Assembly: GCA_038230375.1 (NCBI GenBank)
Contig: JBBRNJ010000063.1
Location: 1-53,746 of the forward strand
Reading direction: 5' to 3'
DNA: 53,746 nucleotides
Source: Polyangiales bacterium
Lineage (GTDB): Bacteria > Myxococcota_A > Polyangia > Polyangiales > Polyangiaceae
Each line of letters begins with the position of its first letter. Position 1 is the first letter of the stretch. The notes beneath the pieces were generated by a model. The model was not told the origin of the DNA. It did not search any database and worked only from the letters and a program-made list of their open reading frames with translations. The translations under genes and the position numbers were made by a program. Below, in pieces: positions 1 to 8,743 of the stretch.

Positions 1-933
1 ATTCCTGACGCGGACCGCGCCCCACTCGCCGCCGCCGGCGATGACGTAGCTGTCCGCCCGCGCCCACGCCAAAAAGCCATGAACCAGATCGTTCGCGATG
101 GTCGTGCCGCTTGCGAGGTCGGCGATCGAGAACAGCTCGTCGGTCTTGTGCTGCCACTCGTAGAGCTCGGAGAGGACGCGGAGCATCGCGCGGACCTTTT
201 CGACGGGCAGCGCCATGAAGACGCCAGGCGAGATGGGCACGGCGATCGTCTTGCGGGACTTACGGAAGAGGTTACGTAGACCGTCCAGGCTGCTGGTCTC
301 ATCCAGCAACTCGAGGAGGGTGGCCAGGATGGGTACGCGCTTGCCGTCCACCTCCAGCCCGAGCTCGATGCTGAACCAGTCGGGCGCGTCCTCGTCCTCG
401 GAGAGGTCCGCGTAGAAGGTGGCGGGTGCGGTCACCACCTTGTACTGGTGCGCCTCATCCACGGTCACGCGGAACCCCTTGGCGCGCAGCTGCGGGACGA
501 TGTCCGCGACGAAGCCGCAGAAATCGTGGACGGAGCCCTCGTGCGGGAGGGTGTAGTCCGCCTCCACGCCTGGTGCCGGCGAGCAGTCCTCGAGCGTGTC
601 GAGCTCGAGCACGCCAAAGCTCTCCAGCACGCGCCGATACACGTCCTCCGTGCGCGTGCTCGCCTCTTCCCCGCGCCAGTCGAAGGTCAGACGGAGAAGC
701 GGGAGCGCCCGCGTCTCATACGAGGTCTTGAGCCCATCAAGCGCCAGGACGGTGCACTCGTCCGTGAAGACGTGAAGGTGGGGGACTGGACTGACGACAG
801 CTTGGTTCGCAGGGGAGCCGCCAGGAACCTGCACAGGAACCTGCACAGGAACCTGCACAGGACGTCGGCCGTCCGGCCTGGCGTCCGGCGAGCTGTCCGG
901 CGTGAGTCGCGGAGCGACGCCTGACCGGCCCAC
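1..933 (-). CDS. N-terminal part of a probable SNF2-family (DEAD/DEAH) helicase, running off the window edge; start uncertain (GTG at 933 or ATG at 1122)
   Basis: Minus-strand frame read by hand is open from base 1 to beyond 1122 and is absent from the ORF track. It contains DWFSIELGLEVDGKRVPILATLLELL, typical of the region preceding the ATPase core of bacterial SNF2 helicases. The helicase motifs themselves lie outside the window. Confidence 0.6.
   Translation of the reverse strand, partial: MGRSGVAPRLTPDSSPDARPDGRRPVQVPVQVPVQVPGGSPANQAVVSPVPHLHVFTDECTVLALDGLKTSYETRALPLLRLTFDWRGEEASTRTEDVYRRVLESFGVLELDTLEDCSPAPGVEADYTLPHEGSVHDFCGFVADIVPQLRAKGFRVTVDEAHQYKVVTAPATFYADLSEDEDAPDWFSIELGLEVDGKRVPILATLLELLDETSSLDGLRNLFRKSRKTIAVPISPGVFMALPVEKVRAMLRVLSELYEWQHKTDELFSIADLASGTTIANDLVHGFLAWARADSYVIAGGGEWGAVRVRN
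823..861. repeat. 12-bp tandem repeat AGGAACCTGCAC x3 (PVQV repeats in the minus-strand frame)
   Basis: Read directly from the sequence. Confidence 0.9.
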
Positions 934-1246
934 CTCCTCAGCCTTCTTTGCGCTGGGCTGCGCAGAGAGCTGGGTCTGGCTTTCGGGGGAAACTGCGTAG
1001 CTGCCGTCGTCTGAAACGTTCGAGTAGCGCAAGGTCACGAGGTGGACCGTTGTGCCATGCCCGATCGATCTTGCAAAGAATCTTGTCAGCTGGACCTCAA
1101 GAAAGGTGCGACATACACCCATTAAGTAGTCCAGCCTCACGGACGTCCAGCAAGCCAGACCACCGGCATCCAGGCCGCAACCTCGACCTCGACCTGCCCT
1201 TGCTCTCGTGCTGACGTCTGAAACCTGCGTGCTACCATCCAAGGCC

Positions 1247-1873
1247 ATGCCCGCCAGCAAGCCCATGCCCATTGCGGCCCTCGCATCCATCGCCATCCGT
1301 CGTGCAGAGGAGCTCCTCGCGGAGATCCAGCGGAAGAAGGACCTCGTTGCCGAGTCGTTCGTGGACATCGGTGAGGCGTTGCTCGAACTCGACAAGAAGA
1401 AGCTCTGGGCCGCGCTGGGCTACGATTCGCTCTCGCGGCTGCTCTCGGCGCGCAAAGTGATGGGCCGGAGCCAGGCGTTCAAGCTGATGGCGGTGGTGCG
1501 TACACTCCCGCGGCGGCAGGCGCTCGCGCTCGGCCCCGAGAAGGCATACGCACTCATTCGCTACGCGCACGCGTCGCCCACGCTGGAGCGCCCAACCGAC
1601 GTGCTCGCGCAGGGCATCGTCATCGACGGGCGCCGCAAGGCCATCGACGAGCTCACCGCCCGCGACATCGTGCGTCAGGCGCAGCAGACCGCGGAGACGA
1701 AGGCCACCCGGAACGACCCCGAACGAAAGGCCGCGCACAAGGCCGCCGCAACCGTCCAGAAGACGCTCGCGAAGCGCGGCGTGAACGCGACCGTCGAGCT
1801 GGTGCGCGTGAGCGGCGCGTGGCTCCTGGACGTACGCGCGCCCGCGGAAGCGCTGGCACGCGCGCTGGGCTGA
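1247..1873 (+). CDS. DUF3102-like / ParB-type HTH DNA-binding protein
   Basis: AESFVDIGEALLELDKKKLWAALGYDSLSRLL..MGRSQAFKLM resembles the DUF3102 pattern (IG..L.E.K......F..WL......S.A.+LM). ATG at 1247 chosen. Confidence 0.55.
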   Translation: MPASKPMPIAALASIAIRRAEELLAEIQRKKDLVAESFVDIGEALLELDKKKLWAALGYDSLSRLLSARKVMGRSQAFKLMAVVRTLPRRQALALGPEKAYALIRYAHASPTLERPTDVLAQGIVIDGRRKAIDELTARDIVRQAQQTAETKATRNDPERKAAHKAAATVQKTLAKRGVNATVELVRVSGAWLLDVRAPAEALARALG

Positions 1874-1910
1874 CGCCAGAGCAAGCCACCCGACCCGGGC
1901 CACGACCACG

Positions 1911-1974
1911 GACCTCGACCTCGACCTCGACATCGACCTCGACCTCGACCTCAACCTCGACCTCGACCTCGACC
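1911..1974. repeat. (GACCTC)n hexanucleotide microsatellite, about 10 units, intergenic
   Basis: Read directly; includes variant units GACATC and AACCTC. Confidence 0.95.
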
Positions 1975-2037
1975 CGGCCGTGAGCTTCGACTTCGACGTG
2001 AACGGACCTCGACGTCACGGCTCGACCAGCGTGGTCA

Positions 2038-2094
2038 GTCCAGCTGCTGGACTCTCGCGTCCAGGCGCTGGACTGAGCCGTCCAGCTGCTGGAC
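2038..2094. promoter_or_regulatory. Array of three 15-bp palindromes GTCCAG-N3-CTGGAC at 21-bp period; candidate protein-binding sites
   Basis: GTCCAGCTGCTGGAC at 2038, GTCCAGGCGCTGGAC at 2059, GTCCAGCTGCTGGAC at 2080, separated by 6-nt spacers. Function inferred. Confidence 0.7.
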
Positions 2095-2205
2095 GATAGG
2101 ACGCAACGAGTGCGTCGTGGAGCCGAGCGCCGAGCGGCGCTTTTCCCGCAGCGTCTGGGTCGCCGAAAACTCGCTCGTTCAGTCGCTTCCGAGGATCATG
2201 CGACG

Positions 2206-3069
2206 ATGGCGGCTTCCAAGGCAAAGAAACGGGCGCGCGAGGAATCGGCGGTCACCATCGTCGGCAAGCGCCCCCACCCCATCCGCGATATGTACCACGC
2301 AGCGCTTCGACTGCCTTGGACCAGCACGCTGCTCGTCATCGTCGCGATCTTCCTGGGACTGAACGCTCTGTTCGCGGTCGCCTACAGGCTCGTGGGTGGG
2401 ATCGCGAACGCGCACACGGGGTCGTTCGCGGATGCGTTCTTCTTCAGCGTCCAGACGATGGGGACCATCGGGTATGGGTCCATGTACCCGGAGAGCACCG
2501 GCGCCAACGTCATCGTCGTCGTGGAGGCCGTCGTCGGTACGATCGTGACCGCGGTCTTCACGGGCCTGGTGTTCGCCAAGTTCTCTCGCTCGGTCGCGCA
2601 GCTCGTGTTCTCGACCGATGCGGTCGTCGCGCGCATGGACGGCATGCAGACGTTGATGTTCCGCGTGGGCAACGACCGCGACAGCCTCATCTACGAAGCG
2701 ACGGTCCGCATCTCCCTGGTACGCACGGAGCGCACGAAGGAGGGACACCTCTTCTACCGCCTCTACGATCTGTCGCTCGTGCGCGACCGGTCACCCGCTC
2801 TCGCTCGCTCGTGGACGGTCATGCATCGCATCGACGAGAAGAGCCCGCTCCTGGGTGTCGATGCCGCGAAGATGGCCGCGGACGAGATCGAGCTGCTTGT
2901 CACCGTGACCGGGATGGACGACACCTCGCTCCAGCCAGTCCACGCGCGGCACACCTACTACCATGACGAGATCGCGTGGAACGCCAGGCACGTGGACATC
3001 CTGACGGAGATCGAGGGTGGGATGGTCCTCGACCTGCGCCGCTTCCACGACATCGAACCGATGGGCTGA
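2206..3069 (+). CDS. KirBac-type inward-rectifier potassium channel
   Basis: FFFSVQTMGTIGYG pore and selectivity filter, two TM helices, cytoplasmic LMFRVGN..SWTVMHRIDEKSPL domain. Confidence 0.95.
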   Translation: MAASKAKKRAREESAVTIVGKRPHPIRDMYHAALRLPWTSTLLVIVAIFLGLNALFAVAYRLVGGIANAHTGSFADAFFFSVQTMGTIGYGSMYPESTGANVIVVVEAVVGTIVTAVFTGLVFAKFSRSVAQLVFSTDAVVARMDGMQTLMFRVGNDRDSLIYEATVRISLVRTERTKEGHLFYRLYDLSLVRDRSPALARSWTVMHRIDEKSPLLGVDAAKMAADEIELLVTVTGMDDTSLQPVHARHTYYHDEIAWNARHVDILTEIEGGMVLDLRRFHDIEPMG

Positions 3070-3107
3070 GCGCGCGACGTCGTGACGCGCGCAGGATGGT
3101 GCGCGAG

Positions 3108-3896
3108 CTAGCGCAGCGGAGTCGGTGACAGAAGCTCCGCAGCGCGGCGAGCGAGGTTTGGTATGCGAGACGCCGCCTCGTAGAAGAGCGGGTAGATGAC
3201 ACGAGGACGCCCTTCTTCACAGGCAGCGACGATCCTCGCGGCGAGCGGCACCGCCTCTCCCGTGGGGATGAAGCGCTTCGTCTTTGACTCCGGATATCCT
3301 GCGCGAGCGTGGCTCTCCAGACCGGAGCGCACGGGCCCCGGGTAGACGGTGACCACGGTGACTCCCGACGACGAGAGCTCGAAGCGCGCGATCTCCGATG
3401 CCATCGCGATCCCCGCCTTTGCCGCGCCGTAGTAGGCGCAGCCGCGGAGTGGCGTGACGCCCGCCATGCTCGCCACGTTGACCACCACCCCGCGCCGCCG
3501 TTCTTGCATGCCCGGCACGAACATGGACATGAGTCGCAGCGGGCTCTCGAGATCGATCTTGAGAACGCGCAATCCCAGCTCCCACGGCATGGTCGCGAGC
3601 GACTGGACCTCCATGATGCCCGCGCAGTTGACCAGCCCGTCGACTGGACCCCGATCGCGGAGAAGCGCCGCGCCATGCGCCGGCAGATCGTCTGGACGCG
3701 AGAGATCCCACGCCACCCGCGCGACGTCGCCGCCCAACGCGCGCGCGAGGGTCGCCGTTGCGTCCTCGGTGACATCCACCAGGGTCAGGCGCGCGGAGCC
3801 GGACCGCTCGCGTATGAGCCGTGCCAGCGCGGAGCCGATCGCCCCGCCCGCGCCCGTGATGACGACGTGGGAGGCATCCCACGGGCGGCTTCTCAA
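3108..3896 (-). CDS. Short-chain dehydrogenase/reductase (SDR)
   Basis: TGAGGAIG, VNCAG, NVAS, and YGAAK (YxxxK) motifs. Confidence 0.93.
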   Translation of the reverse strand: MRSRPWDASHVVITGAGGAIGSALARLIRERSGSARLTLVDVTEDATATLARALGGDVARVAWDLSRPDDLPAHGAALLRDRGPVDGLVNCAGIMEVQSLATMPWELGLRVLKIDLESPLRLMSMFVPGMQERRRGVVVNVASMAGVTPLRGCAYYGAAKAGIAMASEIARFELSSSGVTVVTVYPGPVRSGLESHARAGYPESKTKRFIPTGEAVPLAARIVAACEEGRPRVIYPLFYEAASRIPNLARRAAELLSPTPLR

Positions 3897-4462
3897 GACA
3901 GCGCCTCGCGGACGCCGCCGATCGAGCGCGCGCTTCGATTGAGATCGAGAGCGAACCAGAGGACAAGGACTGGCTTCGTTGCCGTCTTGAGAAGCGCGGG
4001 CCCGAGCAGGAGCCCCGGCGCCACCTCACGAACCTCGTCCAGGATCTTGCGGATGGCCCACGGATTGTCGGTGAGATCGTAGTCCAGCATCACGCACGGT
4101 TGCCCGTCGATGACGCTCGCTTCGCGACGGAGCAGGAACGGAAACAGCGCGTGGCGGCCGCCGAGATGAACGCGGTTGATGCCGTGCCCACCCCTGCCTT
4201 GCCCCTCGAAGGTCTTACCGCCCCACGGGAACCCGGACGAGCCGGCGATGCGCCTGAGAATTCCGCCCGCGACGCCGCCGTCCAGTCCGCGAACCGCGAG
4301 CATGCGCCCCTGCGGAAGACCGGAGATCTCGTCGATGCTGTCCGGGCACGAGCCGCCGCGATAGAGCGCGTCGAGCTCGTTGAAGGACATGCGGGCCAGG
4401 GCCTCGAGAGAGAGACCTGACGTTCGCTTGCTGGACTCTCCGTGAACACTCGTCTGTTGCAT
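3893..4462 (-). CDS. Conserved hypothetical protein (WGGKTF...GINRV...LDY...IxDEVR type)
   Basis: Protein-like sequence that overlaps the SDR start by 4 bp. ATG at 4462. Confidence 0.75.
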   Translation of the reverse strand: MQQTSVHGESSKRTSGLSLEALARMSFNELDALYRGGSCPDSIDEISGLPQGRMLAVRGLDGGVAGGILRRIAGSSGFPWGGKTFEGQGRGGHGINRVHLGGRHALFPFLLRREASVIDGQPCVMLDYDLTDNPWAIRKILDEVREVAPGLLLGPALLKTATKPVLVLWFALDLNRSARSIGGVREALS

Positions 4463-4538
4463 CGCTCTGCTCCTCTTCGTTCGTGGATCTGACTCTTGTA
4501 CGTGTCGTGGACATGACTCCGCCGCGGCGGGCGATTGT

Positions 4539-5135
4539 TCATTTCTTCTTGGTGGCGAACGCACGCCACGCGGACTCACACGCGGCCTCGTAGGCCTCGT
4601 CGGACAGCTTCAGGTACGCCGTCCGCTCCGCCTTCACGAGGCCGATCAGCGCGCCCCACACGAACGCGAGGATCACCTCGGGCGCGACTTCGCGGGTGAA
4701 CACGCCCATCGCCTGGAACTCGCTGCATGCAGCGAAGATGGGGCCGAGCACGCGCAGCTCCACACCCCTGCTCTGCGCCGTGAGGTAGGCGGTGTGGTCC
4801 TGCAGCTCCAGGAAGTGGAACGCGAGGGGCTCGTCGCGTGAGAAGCGCACGAGCCGGCGCCACAGCTCGTGGAAGAGCGCGTGCGGTGGCTGGACGCGGT
4901 CGAGGTCCACGGAGATCGCGCGCTCCAGCTTCTCCTTCGCCATCACAAAGACGGCGTTCACGAGGGCTTCCTTGCTCGGATACAGCCGGTACAGGGTGCT
5001 GGAGCCAACCTTCGCACGCACGATCACATCTGGAACGCTGGTTCCGTGATAGCCCCGCTCCGCGAACATCGCGAGCGCGGTCTCCAGGACGGCTGTACGC
5101 CGCTCCTCGACAGTGGAAAGTTGGGGGGCACCCAT
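4539..5135 (-). CDS. TetR/AcrR family transcriptional regulator
   Basis: ALAMFAERGYHGTSVPDVIVRAKVGSSTLYRLYPSKEAL helix-turn-helix. Confidence 0.95.
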   Translation of the reverse strand: MGAPQLSTVEERRTAVLETALAMFAERGYHGTSVPDVIVRAKVGSSTLYRLYPSKEALVNAVFVMAKEKLERAISVDLDRVQPPHALFHELWRRLVRFSRDEPLAFHFLELQDHTAYLTAQSRGVELRVLGPIFAACSEFQAMGVFTREVAPEVILAFVWGALIGLVKAERTAYLKLSDEAYEAACESAWRAFATKKK

Positions 5136-5137
5136 GC

Positions 5138-5155
5138 GTGGAATAGTTATTCCAC
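5138..5155. promoter_or_regulatory. Probable TetR operator GTGGAATA-GT-TATTCCAC
   Basis: Perfect 8-bp AT-rich inverted repeat 2 nt upstream of the tetR ATG. Confidence 0.75.
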
Positions 5156-5181
5156 ACTTCAGAAGAACGTCAAGGCATCCC

Positions 5182-5268
5182 GACCTCGACCCCGACCCCG
5201 ACCTCGACCTCGACCTCGACCTCGACCTCGACCTCGACCCCGACCTCGACCTCGACCTGCACCTCGAC
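5182..5268. repeat. (GACCTC/GACCCC)n microsatellite, about 14 units, between divergent genes
   Basis: Read directly from the sequence. Confidence 0.95.
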
Positions 5269-5280
5269 TATGACGCCGCA

Positions 5281-6552
5281 ATGCGCGTGCCCCCTTCCCT
5301 TCGCCACTCCCTCCCCCTCCTTCTCCCCATCGTCACCCTCATCCCCGCGTGGGCTGCATGTGGCTCGTCGGACTCGAACGGTGGCACGGTGACTGGCGAT
5401 GGTGGCCCCGTGCAGGACGCTTCCCTCTCGCCGGGCAGCGACGGGTCCAGCGCGCAGGACGGTGGCGCGCATGATGCGGGTCTCGCGCGCTGCCCACGGA
5501 CCCTCGGTCCTCTGGATGGTGAACGGCGTGTGCTCGTCTCCCATCCGTTCGACAAGGACGGCAACAAGGCGAAGCTCTTCGAGCTGCTCACGCTCTCCGC
5601 CGGCGGACAGCTGACGCGACCGGGCGTCACCTTCGAGATGGGCGTGGCGCTGGAATCGGACATCGCATTCACCCCGGACGGCGCGGTCGCGCTCGTCGCG
5701 CAGGATGACGGCACGATCGGCGTGGTGCGCTTCGACAGCGCCGGCCCGCACGTCGTCCACGCGGCATACAAGGGCTCCTTCTATGCGGCGCGCGTCATCA
5801 TGGACCCACGCGGCGATCGCGCCTACGTGGTCGACAGCAACACGGCCGCGAACAAGGGCGGCATCTACGCCGTGGACATCGCGTGCGATGGCTCGCTCAC
5901 GGACCGTGGGCTCTTCCTTGCAGCGAGCGGCCCGTCGGCCATGACGTTACTGTCCAGCGGGATGGACGCCATCATCGCCACGAACGACATGACGGGCGCC
6001 GGCACCACGAACGACACGCTCACCGCAAACCTGGCCGGCCCGACGAACACCGGCATGGGGATGTCGTTCCCCGAAGGCGGTGCGATCACCTCGGACATCG
6101 CCGTGATGCCGGATGGCAAATTCGCGCTCGTCGCGGACAACGGCGTGGTCGTTGGCAGTCGCGTCGCGATGGTGCAGCTACCTGGACTCATCTCACGCGG
6201 CATTCTCTCGTTGCCGAACCCGGCCGCGGTCGTTGCCTCTCCGTTCGACAATGCGGCGCTCGTCTTCTCGTCCGATGGCGTGGACGGCATCCGCCTCCTT
6301 CGATACACGGCGGACGCCGCGGCACCCTTCAGCGTCGTGTCGGAGATCGCGTACGTCCACGGCAAGCCCGAGCTGCCGAGCTTCACAGCAACCATCACGC
6401 GCGGCGGCCTCAAGGGCCTCGTGCTGGTCGCGGAGAACGCAGCCGTGCGCGGCCTGGCGCTACACGACGATGCGGGGGTGACCGATGCGTTCAAGGTGAC
6501 GTTCGGCGCGGGGACCGAGAACGTCGTTGGAGTGATCGGGGCACAGCCATAG
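5281..6552 (+). CDS. Lipoprotein with beta-propeller (lactonase/YncE-like) fold
   Basis: Signal peptide ending WAAC, Gly/Asp linker, blade-like repeats (IAFTPDG, IMDPRGD, IAVMPDGKFALV). Confidence 0.7.
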   Translation: MRVPPSLRHSLPLLLPIVTLIPAWAACGSSDSNGGTVTGDGGPVQDASLSPGSDGSSAQDGGAHDAGLARCPRTLGPLDGERRVLVSHPFDKDGNKAKLFELLTLSAGGQLTRPGVTFEMGVALESDIAFTPDGAVALVAQDDGTIGVVRFDSAGPHVVHAAYKGSFYAARVIMDPRGDRAYVVDSNTAANKGGIYAVDIACDGSLTDRGLFLAASGPSAMTLLSSGMDAIIATNDMTGAGTTNDTLTANLAGPTNTGMGMSFPEGGAITSDIAVMPDGKFALVADNGVVVGSRVAMVQLPGLISRGILSLPNPAAVVASPFDNAALVFSSDGVDGIRLLRYTADAAAPFSVVSEIAYVHGKPELPSFTATITRGGLKGLVLVAENAAVRGLALHDDAGVTDAFKVTFGAGTENVVGVIGAQP

Positions 6553-6582
6553 CGAGCGCGACTTCGCGTCCCGACTTCGCCC

Positions 6583-6984
6583 TCAGCTCCGTGCGAACTC
6601 GTAGAACAACGCGGACAGCGCGCAGTCTCCTACGGTGATCGCGACCATGGGGACAAGCGCAGCCAGACCGAGGGCGGCGCGGCCGTGCCACGTGCCGAGC
6701 AGTCGCTCGCGAACGAATCGCTCCGCGTCCCGACGGAACAGGAGTCCAAGCGTGGTCTGCGCGGCAGCGACGGCGAGCAAGAACACCGCGTCTCCCACGT
6801 CCGGCGTGCCCATCCCACCCGAGCCGAGCCCGAGCGCGACGGCAACGCGAACCGTCACGACCACACCCACCAGCGTCGCGACAAGGCTCAACCCAGTCGT
6901 CCAGCTGGCCGCGCGCGGCTTATTTTGAGCCGAGACGGTGATGGGGAAGCGAGTTGCTACGTTTGCCACGTGGAGGAAACCCAA
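6583..6984 (-). CDS. Small hypothetical membrane protein (start uncertain)
   Basis: Three hydrophobic segments; fills the gap downstream of the ABC-F gene on the same strand. Confidence 0.45.
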   Translation of the reverse strand: MGFLHVANVATRFPITVSAQNKPRAASWTTGLSLVATLVGVVVTVRVAVALGLGSGGMGTPDVGDAVFLLAVAAAQTTLGLLFRRDAERFVRERLLGTWHGRAALGLAALVPMVAITVGDCALSALFYEFARS

Positions 6985-7052
6985 GGTCCCACCTTGGCAT
7001 TCCCAGATGACGAAGATGTCGGGGATCGGGCACCGACTACAGGGTCAATCCG

Positions 7053-8675
7053 CTACACCCGCAGGCCTGGTGCCTCTTGCCCCGTCTCCGCCACGTACTC
7101 CGAGTATCCACCGCCGTAGAGGTGCACGCCTTGCGGCGTGAGCTCCAGAACGCGGTTCGAGAGCCGGCGTAGGAAGTGGCGATCGTGCGACACGAAGATC
7201 ATCGTGCCCGAGTACCCCTCCAGCGCCTCCAGCAGGGTCTCCTTCGTTGACAGGTCCAGGTGGTTCGTTGGCTCGTCCAGCACCAGGAAGTTCGGCGGCT
7301 CGTAAAGCATCTGCGCCATCACCAGGCGCGCCTTCTCTCCGCCGGAGAGTATGCGACAGACCTTCTCCACATCACCACCCGAGAAACCAAACGCGCCGCA
7401 GAGCGTCCGAAGCGAGCCAATGCTCGCCTTCGGAAAGCGCGACACGAGCGCCTCCCACACGGTGTCCTCCGGCTTCAAGAGTTCCATCGCGTGCTGGGCG
7501 AAGTAGCCCATGGTCACGCTCGCGCCGATCTGTACCTTGCCGGTGTCCGGCGCAGTGGACCCGGCGATCATCTTGAGCAGCGTGGATTTCCCTGCGCCGT
7601 TGATCCCCATGACGGCGATGCGCTCCGTGCGACGCACGAGGAGGCTGAAGTCGTCGTAGATCACCTTCTGCCCGTACTGCTTGTGCACGCTCTGGATGTT
7701 CACCACGTCGTCGCCAGAGCGGGGCGCCTCCGGGAAGGTGAACTGCACGCGCTGCTCGCGCTTCGGCGGCTCCACGCGCTCGATCTTGTCGAGCTTCTTC
7801 ACGCGCGACTGCACCTGCGCGGCGTGGCTTGCCCGCGCCTTGAACCGCGCAATGAACGCCTCTTCCTTCTTCAGCATCGCCTGCTGCCGCTCGAACTCGC
7901 TCTCCTGCTGCTGGTTCAAGACCGCGCGCTGCTTCACGTAGAACTCGTAGTTACCGGTGAACAGCGTGAGGCTGCCGCTGTCGATCTCGGCGATCTTGTT
8001 CACGATGCGATTCATGAACTCGCGATCGTGGCACGTCATCATGAGCGCGCCGTCGAACTGCTTCAGGAAGCTCTCGAGCCAGATGATGGATTCGATGTCC
8101 AGGTGGTTCGTCGGTTCGTCCAGGAGCATCACGTCCGGCTTCATGAGCAGGATGCGCGCGAGCGCCACGCGCATCTTCCATCCGCCGGACAGCGAACCGA
8201 CGTCGCCGTCCATCGTCTCCTGCGAGAACCCGAGGCCATTCAGGATCTCTCGCGCGCGAGCATCCAGCGCGTAGCCGCCGAGCTCCTCGTAGCGGGCCTG
8301 CGCCTCACCGAACTCCTCGACCACCGCCATCATGGCGTCGCCCAGATCAGGGTCTGCCAGCTTCGCCTCCAGCTCACGCATCTTGATGCCGGCCTGCGCG
8401 ACCGGGCCCGCGCCTTCGAGCGTGGCGGCGACCACGCTCATGCCGCCCATGTCGCCCGTGTCCTGGCTGAAGTAGCCGATGGTGGTGCCGCGATCGACGT
8501 AGACGTCGCCAGCGTCCGGCTCTTCCTCGCTCACGATCATCCGAAAAATCGTGGATTTTCCCGAGCCGTTCGGCCCAACGAGCCCGACCTTCTCCCCCTT
8601 GAACAGGGCGCACGAGGCGTCCAGGAAGAGGATCTGAGAGCCGTGCTGCTTACCGATGGCGTCGAGTCGAATCAC
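7053..8675 (-). CDS. ABC-F family ribosome-associated ATPase
   Basis: Two ABC domains (GPNGSGKS, LSGGW, LDEPTNHLD; GINGAGKS, LSGGE, LDEPTNHLD) with no TM segments. Confidence 0.96.
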   Translation of the reverse strand: MIRLDAIGKQHGSQILFLDASCALFKGEKVGLVGPNGSGKSTIFRMIVSEEEPDAGDVYVDRGTTIGYFSQDTGDMGGMSVVAATLEGAGPVAQAGIKMRELEAKLADPDLGDAMMAVVEEFGEAQARYEELGGYALDARAREILNGLGFSQETMDGDVGSLSGGWKMRVALARILLMKPDVMLLDEPTNHLDIESIIWLESFLKQFDGALMMTCHDREFMNRIVNKIAEIDSGSLTLFTGNYEFYVKQRAVLNQQQESEFERQQAMLKKEEAFIARFKARASHAAQVQSRVKKLDKIERVEPPKREQRVQFTFPEAPRSGDDVVNIQSVHKQYGQKVIYDDFSLLVRRTERIAVMGINGAGKSTLLKMIAGSTAPDTGKVQIGASVTMGYFAQHAMELLKPEDTVWEALVSRFPKASIGSLRTLCGAFGFSGGDVEKVCRILSGGEKARLVMAQMLYEPPNFLVLDEPTNHLDLSTKETLLEALEGYSGTMIFVSHDRHFLRRLSNRVLELTPQGVHLYGGGYSEYVAETGQEAPGLRV

Positions 8676-8743
8676 GGGCGGGGCTCTTAGTACCCCCCGC
8701 GCCCCACGTAAACACGCTCTCGCGAATGCTGTAGCCTCGCGCG

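Noticed and set aside
2024..2094. Possible mini-CRISPR array
   Set aside because: Repeats are 15 bp with 6-nt spacers, far too short, and no cas genes are present.
1129..2100. DUF3102-like cassette as an IS or MITE
   Set aside because: No transposase motif, terminal inverted repeats or target-site duplication could be identified.
2015..2224. Minus-strand 69-aa ORF reading the palindrome array as SPAAG repeats
   Set aside because: It overlaps the KirBac start and has no recognisable features. DNA-level palindromy explains the pattern better.
5113..5280. Upstream start giving a (DL)n N-terminus on the beta-propeller lipoprotein
   Set aside because: It would bury the signal peptide and overlap the tetR start and operator. 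ATG 5281 is preferred.
7260..8690. Long antisense or alternate-frame ORFs (e.g. 7260-8690, 18975-20465, 23930-25396, 28150-29538, 46137-48236)
   Set aside because: These are shadow ORFs typical of high-GC codon bias opposite well-supported genes, with no motifs.
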